The notes under the pieces are model-generated. The model saw only the letters and a program-made list of their open reading frames with translations, was not told the origin of the DNA and did no database searches. Both the position numbers and the translations under genes were made by a program. A stretch of 64,000 nt of DNA from assembly GCF_001194135.2 (NCBI RefSeq), contig NC_068981.1, forward strand, positions 94,950,586 to 95,014,585. The letters are read 5' to 3'. This stretch comes from Octopus bimaculoides (taxonomy: Eukaryota). Below are positions 27,062 through 37,154 of the stretch, one piece after another. Each line of letters starts with the position of its first letter. The first letter of the stretch is position 1.

Positions 27062-27971
27062 CTCGAGTTGTAGCTGTAATTCAAAGGGACCAGCCTTGTC
27101 ATATTCTTTTTAAATGTTTCAGACAAAACGAATGCCGACACCACTCACTGTCTCTTTCACTCTCTCTCTTACTTCCTCTCTGTCCTCCTCTCTCGCTTTG
27201 TCACTTCTTTGAAGTGTGATGCACACAACCGGTACGTACAAAAACAAAAGGTTTGCGTATTAATATTATTGATAATAATAATAATAACAACTACAACAAG
27301 AGCACTCAGAGAACGCAAACCTCTGCCAATGCAACACCAATGTCCTCTCAACGATTAACTGGAGATGATTTTTAAAATGAGAATATTTGAAATAGAATCA
27401 ACTGCTCTCGCAAACGAGAATACTAAAAATTGAACCTGACCACTCCCAAATGGAAAAATAATCCAAATATATATATATAAATATATATTGAGTGAGAGGT
27501 GAAGGGAGAAGAGATGAAATACTAATACGGTGAAGGAGAAGTGGTGAGAGTAATAGCCATGATTGAGAAGGAGTGAGAGAAAGTAATGACAACGAGAAAG
27601 ATGAAATGAAGTGACAAAGAGATCGTTGTATGAATGCAAAAGGAAGGGGTGATAGATGAATAACAAAGGAAGGAGTGAAAAAGCCAATAAATAGTGTTTG
27701 AAGTGTGAGTATATCATCAGTACATATTGTAAAGCTGAGTTTGTGAGTGTGTGTGTTGCACCTATAGAAATCCACACCTTACAAGATAGCAATTTGGGAG
27801 TCACACCAATGGATTCCTCATGGTCGGAAATGCCCGGAATCGGCCATTCATTTATTCTTTTTGTGAATTTTTGCATTAAAAATAATTTTAAACCAGAACT
27901 TCTAACAATTTTCAAGTCGGAGAAATACACCAGCATTTGCAAACATGAGTTAAGTCCCCTTCTACCGACGG

Positions 27972-28002
<31 letters not shown>

Positions 28003-31000
28003 NNNNNNNNNNNNNNNNNNNNNNNNNNNNNNNNNNNNNNNNNNNNNNNNNNNNNNNNNNNNNNNNNNNNNNNNNNNNNNNNNNNNNNNNNNNNNNNNNN
28101 NNNNNNNNNNNNNNNNNNNNNNNNNNNNNNNNNNNNNNNNNNNNNNNNNNNNNNNNNNNNNNNNNNNNNNNNNNNNNNNNNNNNNNNNNNNNNNNNNNNN
28201 NNNNNNNNNNNNNNNNNNNNNNNNNNNNNNNNNNNNNNNNNNNNNNATATAGCTGGTCGTGCATGAAGAGACACACTCCTTCGCAAATGATCAGCTATTA
28301 TTTTGTAAACAATGTTATGAAACTGTTCATGTTTTCGAAAGGAGAGATCTGACTCTCACATCTCTGCGGGAGAAGATAGGCCTCTCTATTCCTCTTACAA
28401 AACTTGCGTACAGGTGCCAAATTTGCCTCAATTGATGGTATTACTCAGGTAATCCTAACTTAATCCTGAGCAAAGCTGGGCTATAGTGCTAGTGTGTGTG
28501 TAGAAGAGAGGTATGTTTGTGTGTGTATGTGTGTATGTGCATACAATGGAAATGGGACGGTAATGTTTAACAATGCAAATGTATGAGTATATATGTGTAT
28601 GTGTGTGCGTGTACAAGAGAACTATATGAAACTTTACATATACATGTAAAGTAAAAAAAAAAATCAGAAAAATAATCCAGAATCCTTGTCTGATACCAGA
28701 TCGATCCCAAAATCTAATGAAACCGTGCCAGTCACAAGGCCAAACATGAAAGTTGCATCCGAATCCATCCAGTGGTTTTTGAGACATCTTGTCCATGGAC
28801 ATACAAACAAACATGACTGCAAACAATACCTCTGCCTTAGCAAAGGCAGAGGTAATAATAATAATAGGCTTAGAAAAATGTGCCAAAGCAACCTTGAAAA
28901 GAGGAAAAACTAGTTATCACACTAGATAAAGCAAATGGTGCAGATGGCACGTAAAAAGCACCATTTGAGCGTGGCCGTTGCCAGTACTGCCTGACTGGCC
29001 CTCATGCCAGTGGCACGTAAAAGCACTCACTACACTCTCAGAGTGGTTGGTGTTAGGAAGGGCATCCAACTGTAGAAACTCTGCCAGATCAGATTGGAAC
29101 CTGGTGCAGCTATCTGGTTCGCCAGTCCTCAGTCAAATCGTCCAACCCATGCTAGCATGGAAAGCGGACGTTAAACAATTATGATGATGATGATGATGAG
29201 ACCAAAGCCAGATATACAAATACTTAGGAATCAATGATACAACACACACAAATGAAAGAGAAGATAAGAAAGGAATACTATAGACAACTTAGATTAATAC
29301 TGAAAACAGAGCTCAATGTGAAAAACAAGATAATAGGTATCAACATTCTAGCCATCCCAGTTATTAAGTTACAACTACCATATTATTAACTGGACCCTAA
29401 ATAAACTAATCAAACTAGACAGAAAAACAAGAAAAATGACAATTTAGGATGCACCACTCAAAATCTGACATAAAACGGTTATATATATATATATATACAA
29501 TGTATTGAAGGCGGTGGAGGCCTTATGCAGCAAGAAAACTATCATAAAATAACTACCATAGGATAATATAAATACCTAATTCACAAGCAAGGAAAACTGG
29601 TACAAGCAAAACAAAAAACTGTTTTCTGTCTTTAAGGAAGCTGAAAAATACAAGAAAGAAATTATAGTACCTGACAACTATGAAGAAAAAGAAGAAACAA
29701 CAAAAGCTGAAAAACAATTGAAATTCAAACTGAAACTGGAGCAACAATGTATCATGATAAAATGATGGCAAGAAAAGCCCCTACATGGAAAATACTGGGT
29801 TAAGCTAAACAGAAAAGAAATAGACAAAGTAAAATCCCAATAATGGTTCAGAAGCTTGGGACTCAAAGCAGAGACTGAAGGATTTTTAATTGCAGCATAA
29901 GATCAAAGTCTTCCTACCAGAAATCACCAAAAATACATAGTGGAAAAAAAAATACAACTACAGAACTATCAAAATACAAAGATTTAGAAATAGAGGTGAC
30001 TTGAATGTGGAACCTAAAAACAGAAACATTTCCTATAATAGTAGGTGCATTAGGTATAATAAAAAAAAACATTTGGACAAATACATAACCAAAACACCAG
30101 GACTTACAAATGTATATAACATACAGAAAATAGCACTACTAGGTACTGCACACATCCTATGTAAAGTACTTTCAAGACAGTGAAAATAAGAGTACCATAG
30201 CAAACTACAGCACATACCCAAGACACACAGAGCTGTGAAAGCACATGATAAAAATAAGACTACTGAATAATAATAATAAGCAAAAGTTATTGACTGGAAA
30301 ATATTCATCACCTACAGAGAGAGAGAGAGAGAGTCTTAAACATAATAATGAAAACTATTATTTAAATATTAATAGTTATCACCAACTTAACATGACAGTC
30401 CAGAAAAATAGGACAAATGCTGCCACTGATTAGCTCCAGGAGGCCAAGAGAGATTTAGAAATAATATTTCTATTATTACTTAAATGTTTTTCAATAAAGC
30501 AGTTAATAAACTGAAATCAACTAATCCACAAGAGTGATTTTATGACCAGGCAGTTCAATGTATTTAAATGTACATAATATATATATAGTTAAATATACAG
30601 AATAGACAAATTTGAAGTATATAAAATATACAATAATTCTTTGTCAAAGCAATTTCATATTGTGTATGCAAAGAATATGTACAATATGTGTATGCCTGTA
30701 TCAGAGAGTATATATATATATATGTATGAGACCCAAGGCGAATCTAAGGAAATTTAATATCATCATAGTCTAAATTCGGTTTATCTAAATCTTCAAAACA
30801 AAACTAAATATGAAGAATGTGTGCCTAATATATAAAGGCATTTTATCACATTTTGAGTGATGTTGAATTGCATTTGTAAAAATCTCAAAACTACCAATGT
30901 AATAATTAAAATTTCTATTTAATAAAATTTACTATGCATAATAAACTAAATGTTTCTGCAGTTAAACACTATTTTTTGCTATTTTAAAAATAATCCTTTT

Positions 31001-31852
31001 TCTAGAAATAACATTACTAGTTTTAATATTTTGGTTTTAAAGGGTTAATACAACTCCAAATATTTTGCATGCTAATTAAATGTTTTAGTAAAACTGTCAA
31101 ATCTATAAAATTAGATGCTCTTTGTATTTACCTGATAAACATGATAAGGAACGGAATGAAAGAAATGTCACCTGGACTTCCTTTACGTGCAATTTTGGCA
31201 CAGATTTCACTGAAATTGAAAAATATTATATGCAACAATATTTTAGAAGAAAATTATATAATAAAATCTTTGGCATTATTTATAAATTATATATAGTGAG
31301 GTGATGGTGAGGAATAAGCTTTTGATGAATCAAACCCACACTCCTTTTCCATTCTTTGCTGGAATTGTTCCACATAATGCACTACTGCCTTTTGGAAAGG
31401 TATGAATGCTCCAACATATAATTCCTCCTTGCTAATAACTTTGAAAGCCTAAAACAAGGTTTTTTAAAAAATATATAGACTATATTAATTCTTAAAGGAA
31501 CAACAGTGCAGCCATAATTTATCTTGTACAAAATATTCTTATGAGAGTATGAAATAAAAATTTGCATATTTAAAAAATAATCATCAACTTAAATTTGAAA
31601 TATTCTAATCCTTTAATTTGACTTTATCAAGAATGATGAGAAATAGAAATGAAAATCTAGGATATAAACATATTCTCAAAGAAATATTGAGAAACATTGT
31701 ACATGTAATTATAAGTAAGTTATAAATTTCAAATATAAAATGGTTTTATGGGAAATCCATTTGATTGATCAAATATATACTCACAATCCTATTAGTGAAA
31801 CTCCAATAGTACATACAGTGGTTACCCAAGATATAATATCTTCAACAGCCAT
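13242..31852 (-). CDS. SLC50A1: SWEET family sugar transporter (SLC50A1/SWEET1-like, MtN3/saliva), spliced, 216 aa
   Basis: Six GT-AG exons (68+78+124+162+120+99=651 nt) join in frame: MAVEDIISWVTTVCTIGVSLIGFEICAKIARKGSPGDISFIPFLIMFISACLWLKYGLLRRVFTVVFVNSVAALLQGMYMCIYYTYSLQRGHLNRLLFFGIVFLLLPLSYIRFYLPDESSAIDFLGRLCCIISIFSYGSPLASVFHVVRTKSTECMSFPLATANFVVALEWFFYGALLKDFYMQMPNMCGVLLCLFQFALFFKYPAKPQPILSIKA*. It has seven hydrophobic segments and the SWEET motifs PFL, W-x-x-YG, VN, SPL, KSTECMSFPL, WFFYG, PN and F-x-x-KYP. Confidence 0.95.
14793..15556. repeat. 308-bp unit in direct (about 1.4 copies) plus inverted arrangement, in SWEET intron 5
   Basis: aaactagtc.gttagaaaatctgtttgagatagaagcagt at 14793 and 15101 (period 308); 15244-15556 is the reverse complement of the unit. 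Confidence 0.85.
15760..15879 (-). CDS. SLC50A1: SWEET coding exon 5
   Basis: ttattttccag|TTC...CAG|gtcagt; FHVVRTKSTECMSFPLATANFVVALEWFFYGALLKDFYMQ; 120 nt, phase 0/0. Confidence 0.95.
16768..18201 (-). mobile_element. 5'-truncated Penelope-like element with GIY-YIG remnant and inverted pseudo-LTR, in SWEET intron 4
   Basis: Minus frame 17665-17077 reads LKYPRR...EHLTKK*...CQRVNVVYRIECNKCNKFCVGSTTRPLHVRIKEQ...LRIKEAILI (GIY-YIG). 16768-17252 is inverted-duplicated at 17692-18201. A 14-bp direct repeat aatagtaattgtaa flanks it at 16760 and 18240. Confidence 0.88.
16855..16900 (-). ncRNA. Minimal type I hammerhead-ribozyme-like motif in Penelope pLTR
   Basis: Minus strand reads CUGAAGA-A-GGAAU-UGU-AUUCC-GAAAUAUC: both core boxes, a 5-bp stem II and palindromic AUAU before C; stem I is only about 2 bp. 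Confidence 0.55.
18306..18467 (-). CDS. SLC50A1: SWEET coding exon 4
   Basis: cctgttttcag|GGA...GTG|gtaagt; GHLNRLLFF...CCIISIFSYGSPLASV; 162 nt, phase 0/0. Confidence 0.95.
18660..18875 (+). mobile_element. OK-like SINE
   Basis: Matches 1196-1410 along its length, with B-box gagttcaaattc. Confidence 0.75.
19105..19305 (-). mobile_element. OK-like SINE, inverted relative to 18660-18875
   Basis: Reverse complement gives ggcaactagctggcagaatcg...ctgagttcaaatttcgccaagctcaactttgcctttcatcc. Confidence 0.75.
19370..19740 (+). mobile_element. RTE LINE 3'UTR copy with about 3 internal subrepeats and (GAT)n tail
   Basis: Repeated gccagtggca(c/t)gt(a/g)aaaa..caccatttgag units followed by the same tail as 8997-9212. 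Confidence 0.85.
19760..20097 (+). mobile_element. CORE-type tRNA SINE (octopus OR1-like)
   Basis: Colinear with 51116-51440; B-box-like gagtttgattccc and CORE-like gtgttcttgagcaagacactt. Confidence 0.8.
21926..22895. other. Assembly gap (others: 1722-1731, 2960-3059, 4966-5306, 8700-8996, 28003-28246, 32988-33772, 39274-39740, 41051-41901)
   Basis: N-runs, nearly all bordered by microsatellites or young TEs. Confidence 1.
22896..22945 (-). mobile_element. RTE RT fragment at gap edge
   Basis: EKLEVVDSFRYLGDQVSSG (RT domain 7 FxYLG motif); the rest probably lies in gap 21926-22895. Confidence 0.7.
23636..23759 (-). CDS. SLC50A1: SWEET coding exon 3
   Basis: tttccttgttgcag|T...CGG|gtatgt; ACLWLKYGLLRRVFTVVFVNSVAALLQGMYMCIYYTYSLQR; 124 nt. 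Confidence 0.95.
26105..26815 (-). mobile_element. Three head-to-tail OK-like SINEs with (CAA)n(TAA)n spacer
   Basis: Copies at ~26105-26300, ~26372-26585 and ~26600-26815, each starting tttt/ctaat...ggcacaa(a/g)gcca/gctagca on the plus strand; microsatellite at 26312-26370. Confidence 0.7.
27295..28860. mobile_element. Helentron/HINE (DINE-1-like) non-autonomous element with nested insertions
   Basis: Subterminal acctctgcc at 27319-27327; terminal palindrome acctctgcc-ttagcaaa-ggcagaggt at 28828-28853; internal microsatellites and a gap. Confidence 0.5.
28465..28492 (+). mobile_element. Decayed Helitron 3' terminus
   Basis: cctgagcaaagctggg-N8-CTAG|T, a degenerate version of the hairpin plus CTAG at 34115-34142. 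Confidence 0.5.
28940..29198 (+). mobile_element. RTE LINE 3'UTR copy with (GAT)n tail
   Basis: Near-identical to 8997-9212 and 19500-19740. Confidence 0.85.
29199..30280 (+). mobile_element. R4/Dong-like (RLE-type) non-LTR retrotransposon remnant
   Basis: Broken frames give DQSQIYKYLGI, KEKIRKEYYRQLRLILKTELN, INILAIPV, MHHSKSDIKRLY..EGGGGL, KPLHGKYW, LKAETEGFLIAA*DQSL, KYKDLEIE, PIIVGALG and IQKIALLGTAHIL; (TAA)n tail; internal deletion of the CCHC region. Confidence 0.8.
31132..31209 (-). CDS. SLC50A1: SWEET coding exon 2
   Basis: ttttcaatttcag|T...AG|gtaaat; EICAKIARKGSPGDISFIPFLIMFI; 78 nt, phase 2/2. Confidence 0.93.
31785..31852 (-). CDS. SLC50A1: SWEET coding exon 1 (exon probably starts at acceptor 31878)
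   Basis: ATG in GTGATGG context; MAVEDIISWVTTVCTIGVSLIG then TT|gtgagt; upstream acceptor ttttattttag|ACACC. Confidence 0.88.
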
Positions 31853-32020
31853 CACAGATACAGCTTGATGTTTGGTGTCTAAAATAAAATAGGATAAAAT
31901 CAAAAGAAGTAAAGCTAATTATTATAATAACAATTAGAACATGAACATAAATTATGAAAGTCAAACAAGGAGACATTAACAGTACTTAATAGCTTCATTT
32001 TACTTACTAACTTAACTTAC

Positions 32021-32130
32021 CATTGTCAATTCTACATCTGTTGCCCTTGTCACTATTGATTGACAGATTTGCTTCCTTTAGCTGGGTTTTTTTCCTCCAA
32101 TAATTAGTCCTTACATGATTGTCTAATTAC
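32021..32130 (-). other. Probable 5'UTR exon of SWEET (5' boundary unknown)
   Basis: Consensus donor ACAATG|gtaagt at 32021/32020, 142 nt upstream of the acceptor at 31879; no ATG in frame with SWEET. Confidence 0.6.
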
Positions 32131-32728
32131 CCTCCCTTCACATATTCTCTGGGCTTTCTGTTTTGGGGTTACCATCCATACTTAACTCACATTTTATTTT
32201 CTCACCAAGTATCAATCACCTTTTCTTATCATAAATAGAAAAGGCATCACAACTACATACCAACGAAGAACATGCTTGCTTGACCAGCTAGAAATAGCAA
32301 AATCTCCCTTAAACACCCACTCATCATACATAAGGCAGAACACAAGATAATGTAGTTCTAAATACCCCTACAAAGATAAGACACTTATGGCTGGAATGTA
32401 TCTGATCAAAGGTTTGTACATACAACCAAGGCTGAGCTAGGGTTAAGCAACAATATAAGAGGTGAAACAGTTGAATTGATATTAAAGTAAAATATAATTC
32501 TAGGGGATTGCGAAAATATTAATTTTTATCAACTAGCTACTTCTTCTGCTCATCTATACTAAATCTGTTGCTTGGAATTTTGTACATTTACTTGAATAAA
32601 TTCTCTCTTTACACTAAACAATATGCTTCTTTCACTACTGACTACCACCCACTCATATCTGATGCCATTTTGCATGAAGGAAATAAACTACAAAATATTC
32701 TGTTAAATCATTCACAAGGTTAGTGTAA

Positions 32729-32749
32729 TCTATATATATAAAAATGAGA

Positions 32750-32797
<48 letters not shown>

Positions 32798-34142
32798 CCC
32801 TAAAACTCGAGAACTACGCAACCAATTTCATTCAAATTTTACACATGCCTTACTTAGGGTTCCAGTTGTGTTTTAGTCAAAAAAAATTATTAACTTCTTG
32901 CAGAGTTCGAGCACACGGCAACATAATATCTCCTCCACTATTTAAGTATTACGTGTCAAAAGTGAAACAAAAACACTCATGTCAAATNNNNNNNNNNNNN
33001 NNNNNNNNNNNNNNNNNNNNNNNNNNNNNNNNNNNNNNNNNNNNNNNNNNNNNNNNNNNNNNNNNNNNNNNNNNNNNNNNNNNNNNNNNNNNNNNNNNNN
33101 NNNNNNNNNNNNNNNNNNNNNNNNNNNNNNNNNNNNNNNNNNNNNNNNNNNNNNNNNNNNNNNNNNNNNNNNNNNNNNNNNNNNNNNNNNNNNNNNNNNN
33201 NNNNNNNNNNNNNNNNNNNNNNNNNNNNNNNNNNNNNNNNNNNNNNNNNNNNNNNNNNNNNNNNNNNNNNNNNNNNNNNNNNNNNNNNNNNNNNNNNNNN
33301 NNNNNNNNNNNNNNNNNNNNNNNNNNNNNNNNNNNNNNNNNNNNNNNNNNNNNNNNNNNNNNNNNNNNNNNNNNNNNNNNNNNNNNNNNNNNNNNNNNNN
33401 NNNNNNNNNNNNNNNNNNNNNNNNNNNNNNNNNNNNNNNNNNNNNNNNNNNNNNNNNNNNNNNNNNNNNNNNNNNNNNNNNNNNNNNNNNNNNNNNNNNN
33501 NNNNNNNNNNNNNNNNNNNNNNNNNNNNNNNNNNNNNNNNNNNNNNNNNNNNNNNNNNNNNNNNNNNNNNNNNNNNNNNNNNNNNNNNNNNNNNNNNNNN
33601 NNNNNNNNNNNNNNNNNNNNNNNNNNNNNNNNNNNNNNNNNNNNNNNNNNNNNNNNNNNNNNNNNNNNNNNNNNNNNNNNNNNNNNNNNNNNNNNNNNNN
33701 NNNNNNNNNNNNNNNNNNNNNNNNNNNNNNNNNNNNNNNNNNNNNNNNNNNNNNNNNNNNNNNNNNNNNNNNGGTCAAACACTGTCTGTAGCTGGTCTTC
33801 TCTTGGAAGAGCCCTGCTTCTCACATGGACAACTGTATGTTGGCTGCTCAAGAGTGGGCAGCAACAAAAAACCTATTTGTATATGCTCCACAAGGGAAAA
33901 CAAGGAACATAGTTTACAATGAGGTGTTATAATCACAACAGCAAGAAAGTATGTACATGATCACCTTCTTTTACGAAACTTCATTGACTTTCATATATTT
34001 ATATTGATATACATATATATACGTGTGTTTGGGTGCATGTGTGTATATACATCTCTATATATAAAGATGATGCGTAGTCTAGACGGCGTTTTTAGATTTC
34101 ATTATTCTCTTTAACCCGGGCAACGCCGGGTATTTCTGCTAG
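32729..34142 (+). mobile_element. Non-autonomous Helitron(s) spanning gap 32988-33772
   Basis: 5' A|TCTATATATATAAAAATGAG(TG)n at 32729; 3' hairpin cccgg-gcaacg-ccggg (34115-34130) then CTAG|T at 34139-34143. A second A|TCTCTATATATAAAG start at 34052 could define a 91-bp mini element. Confidence 0.75.
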
Positions 34143-34261
34143 TACATAAATATATATATATATATGCAAAATGGAGATTATCAGACTAAATCTATTATTA
34201 TTTGGCAGAATTGTACAAATATCAGAAAAACTACTTTGTGGTATTTCTTCTGACTCTTGAC

Positions 34262-34400
34262 CTTCTGAGATCAAATTCCACCAAGCTCAACTTTGCTTTA
34301 CATCCTTCCAGAGTTGATAAAATAAAGTAGCAGTTAAGTACTGGTGTTGATTTACTGAATTTACCCTTCCCCTCAAATCCCTGGCCTTCTGCCTATGTTA
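34262..34400 (+). mobile_element. 5'-truncated OK-like SINE
   Basis: ctgagatcaaattccaccaagctcaactttgc...ataaaataaagtagcag matches the family body. Confidence 0.6.
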
Positions 34401-34407
34401 AAGACAA

Positions 34408-34602
34408 TTAAACCTTTAGCATTTAGATTACTGTCAAATATGATGCTTATTGAATTAATCATAGCTTATTTTGTAGCTTCAAAATTTCAATGATGTGATT
34501 GTTTATTTTTAGAATGACATTGTAGGATAGGTGTGAAGCCAAATCTGGCTAGTTTGAACATTATATGGGCTGGACATGGCCAGTTTAAACGCTAAATGGT
34601 TT
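34408..34602 (+). mobile_element. piggyBac-like MITE (about 190 bp)
   Basis: Imperfect TIRs ttaa-acctttagcattta / taaacgctaaatggtt-tt; same left end at 50715 (TTAA-CCCTTTAG). Confidence 0.6.
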
Positions 34603-35104
34603 TGTAACTGAGAATCAAATTCTTAGAAATTTGCCATATAATAAATTTAATTCTAGATACACAAAATGAACTGCTACAGAAATGAGTAAGATATAGTCAT
34701 ATGATCCACTGCACATCTTATTTCTATCAATTCACATTTCTCATAAACCATGTTATACAAGAACTGGCAAGTGCACATAAAAGACATTTATGGTTTTCCA
34801 AGCTACCAAAGAAGCTGGTACGTAGTCACTCAACTTGTTAGAAATATCATCTTAACTTCCTTCAAATCATAGTCTAAAGTCTTAAAAAAAGCAAGGACAC
34901 TTTAGACAACATAGTCATAACATTTTGCCTAAAACAAAAACAAACAAAAAAAGAAAACAATGGTTAAGGGTGAAATAAATTTTATCATATGTCTACTCAA
35001 TGAGGAGAGCAAAGATTTGGAGCTGAGCAACAATTGCCAATTTTGACACCATCAAGGATTCTACAGAAAGCCAACTTAAAACTTCTGATGCATGTTAGAA
35101 AGTA

Positions 35105-35250
35105 CAGGCATGGCTGGCTTTGTGGTCAAGAAACTTGTGGTCTTTGGGTCAGTCTTATTAAATGACACCTTGAACAAGTGTCTTCTATTATAACATGAGG
35201 CTGACCAAAACTTTGTGAGTAGATTTAGTAGACAGAAACTGAAAGAAACC

Positions 35251-35281
<31 letters not shown>

Positions 35282-35476
35282 TTTGTTTGTCTCCCACTAA
35301 TGCCTGATAATAAGAAGGTTGTTTATGTCTCTGACACTTAATGGTTCAGCAAAAGAAACTAACAAAATAAGTGCCAGGTTTTAAAAATTAGTATTGGGGT
35401 TGATTTACTCAACTAAACCTTTCAGAGCATTGTCCCAGCATAGCCACAGTATGATGACTGAAACAAGTAAAAGAGA
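35105..35476 (+). mobile_element. Full-length OR2-like SINE
   Basis: Head, CORE-like ccttgaacaagtgtcttcta, internal (TG)n and 3' end gactgaaacaagtaaaagag. Confidence 0.75.
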
Positions 35477-35796
35477 GCAGATAAAAATACCTGGATTTAT
35501 TAAGTTTTGTAATTTATAGGCATATTTGTTTTGTTCCTTTGAACTCAAACTACTTCAAATTGTTTTTGTTTCAAGTAAATTGTTTAATCACTGTAACCTG
35601 ATAAGAATTATGCAAATTCCTTTGCAGCAACTTCACCAAAGCCAATACAGGAGCTGATGAAAATATCTTATATAAATTGAATCACTTATATTCTTTATTA
35701 TATGTGGCAATTTTTATCATTAGCTATTTAAAGACAAACATTTTTATGAAGACATTAAGCTAAGGCAGAACAGAGAAAAGAAAAATTGAAGACACT

Positions 35797-35799
<3 letters not shown>

Positions 35800-35839
<40 letters not shown>

Positions 35840-35989
35840 CATCAGTAAATCATAAATCTTAAAGAGAAGCACACTAAGTTATAGAGCAATGGAGTAATTA
35901 AAGATAGTTATGGCCAGTCTATGGGGTTACCCAGAGTTTCACATCCATAAAGTGCTTAGCTTTACGTTGTCTCTTCAGAGCCTAATGGC

Positions 35990-36053
<64 letters not shown>
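35800..36053. repeat. (TG)n (35800-35836) and (GA)n (35990-36053) microsatellites
   Basis: Direct inspection. Confidence 0.95.
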
Positions 36054-37154
36054 AGATTGTTAATACTAAAAAAAAAGAAAGAACTCAATACATAGTGCTT
36101 ACATTATTCCTTATATAAATCATATTCACATGCATCATCATTATTTAACATCCACTTTTCCATGCTTGTGTGGGTCAGGCAGAATCTGTTGACTCAGATT
36201 GTCTATGGCTGGATGCCCTTCATGTTGCTAACCCATAACCGTTTCCAAGCAAGGTAAATATTTCTCAAGCTTAGACATATTTTCCACGGAAGGCTGAAAA
36301 TGAACAACATCACTTGTATGATGGTGAAGCTCATTTATAACCATCACATGATGTAAAGACAGGGGTACTCACACACAAGCTTCTCTTAGTTTTCATCTAC
36401 CAAATCCATTCACAAGGCTTTGGTTGGCCTGAGGCTAGACTGAACTTAAGACCACATGGTTGGAAAACAAGTTCCTTAACCACATAGTCATGCCTGCATC
36501 TGATATGATATAAATATACCCAACCCATGCCAGCATGGAAAACAGACGTTCAATGATGATAATGAATGAATGAATGAATGTATGTATGTATGGTGTGTAG
36601 GAATATTTGTATGTTGTATGCATGCATGCATGAATGTAGGATTCAAAGGCTGAAAGTTTTGTACAAATACACTTATCAAATTGGTAAGTGTACATGCATG
36701 AAATTCACTCACGTAGCTTCTCAGCTATAATAAATACATAAAATATATATGCATGTATGTGTGTGTATATGCTATATATATATATAGACAGATAGATAGC
36801 GAGATATGATAAGTATAGAGAGAGAAATTATCCAAGAGGTTACCATGTAAGCACTCAGGTATAATGTGGGTTCAGGCTAACTGCATTGAGTAGTAATGAA
36901 CACCTAGGATTACTTAGGATGAACAATCCTACTGTAATTCATTTGATGGGTAAATCCTGGGTTCCCTTCACTGGATTATATTTTCAAGAGTGTAAATCCA
37001 AGACAATTACAATGAATACAAAGACTGGTACATGTGCCTATTTCTTATTTTTACGGTTAATTATACAGCATTATTAGTTTAGATTTGACTGACACATGTT
37101 TCTGCTGCACAGAGAATCAGCAATTACATTTGCATACATCTATTTTCAACTATA

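Noticed and set aside
31287-31448. 54-codon open frame after a good acceptor in SWEET intron 1 (AFKVISKEELYVGAF...)
   Set aside because: Wrong phase for exon 1 (phase 2 gives an early stop), no convincing donor and no recognisable homology; the length is achievable by chance.
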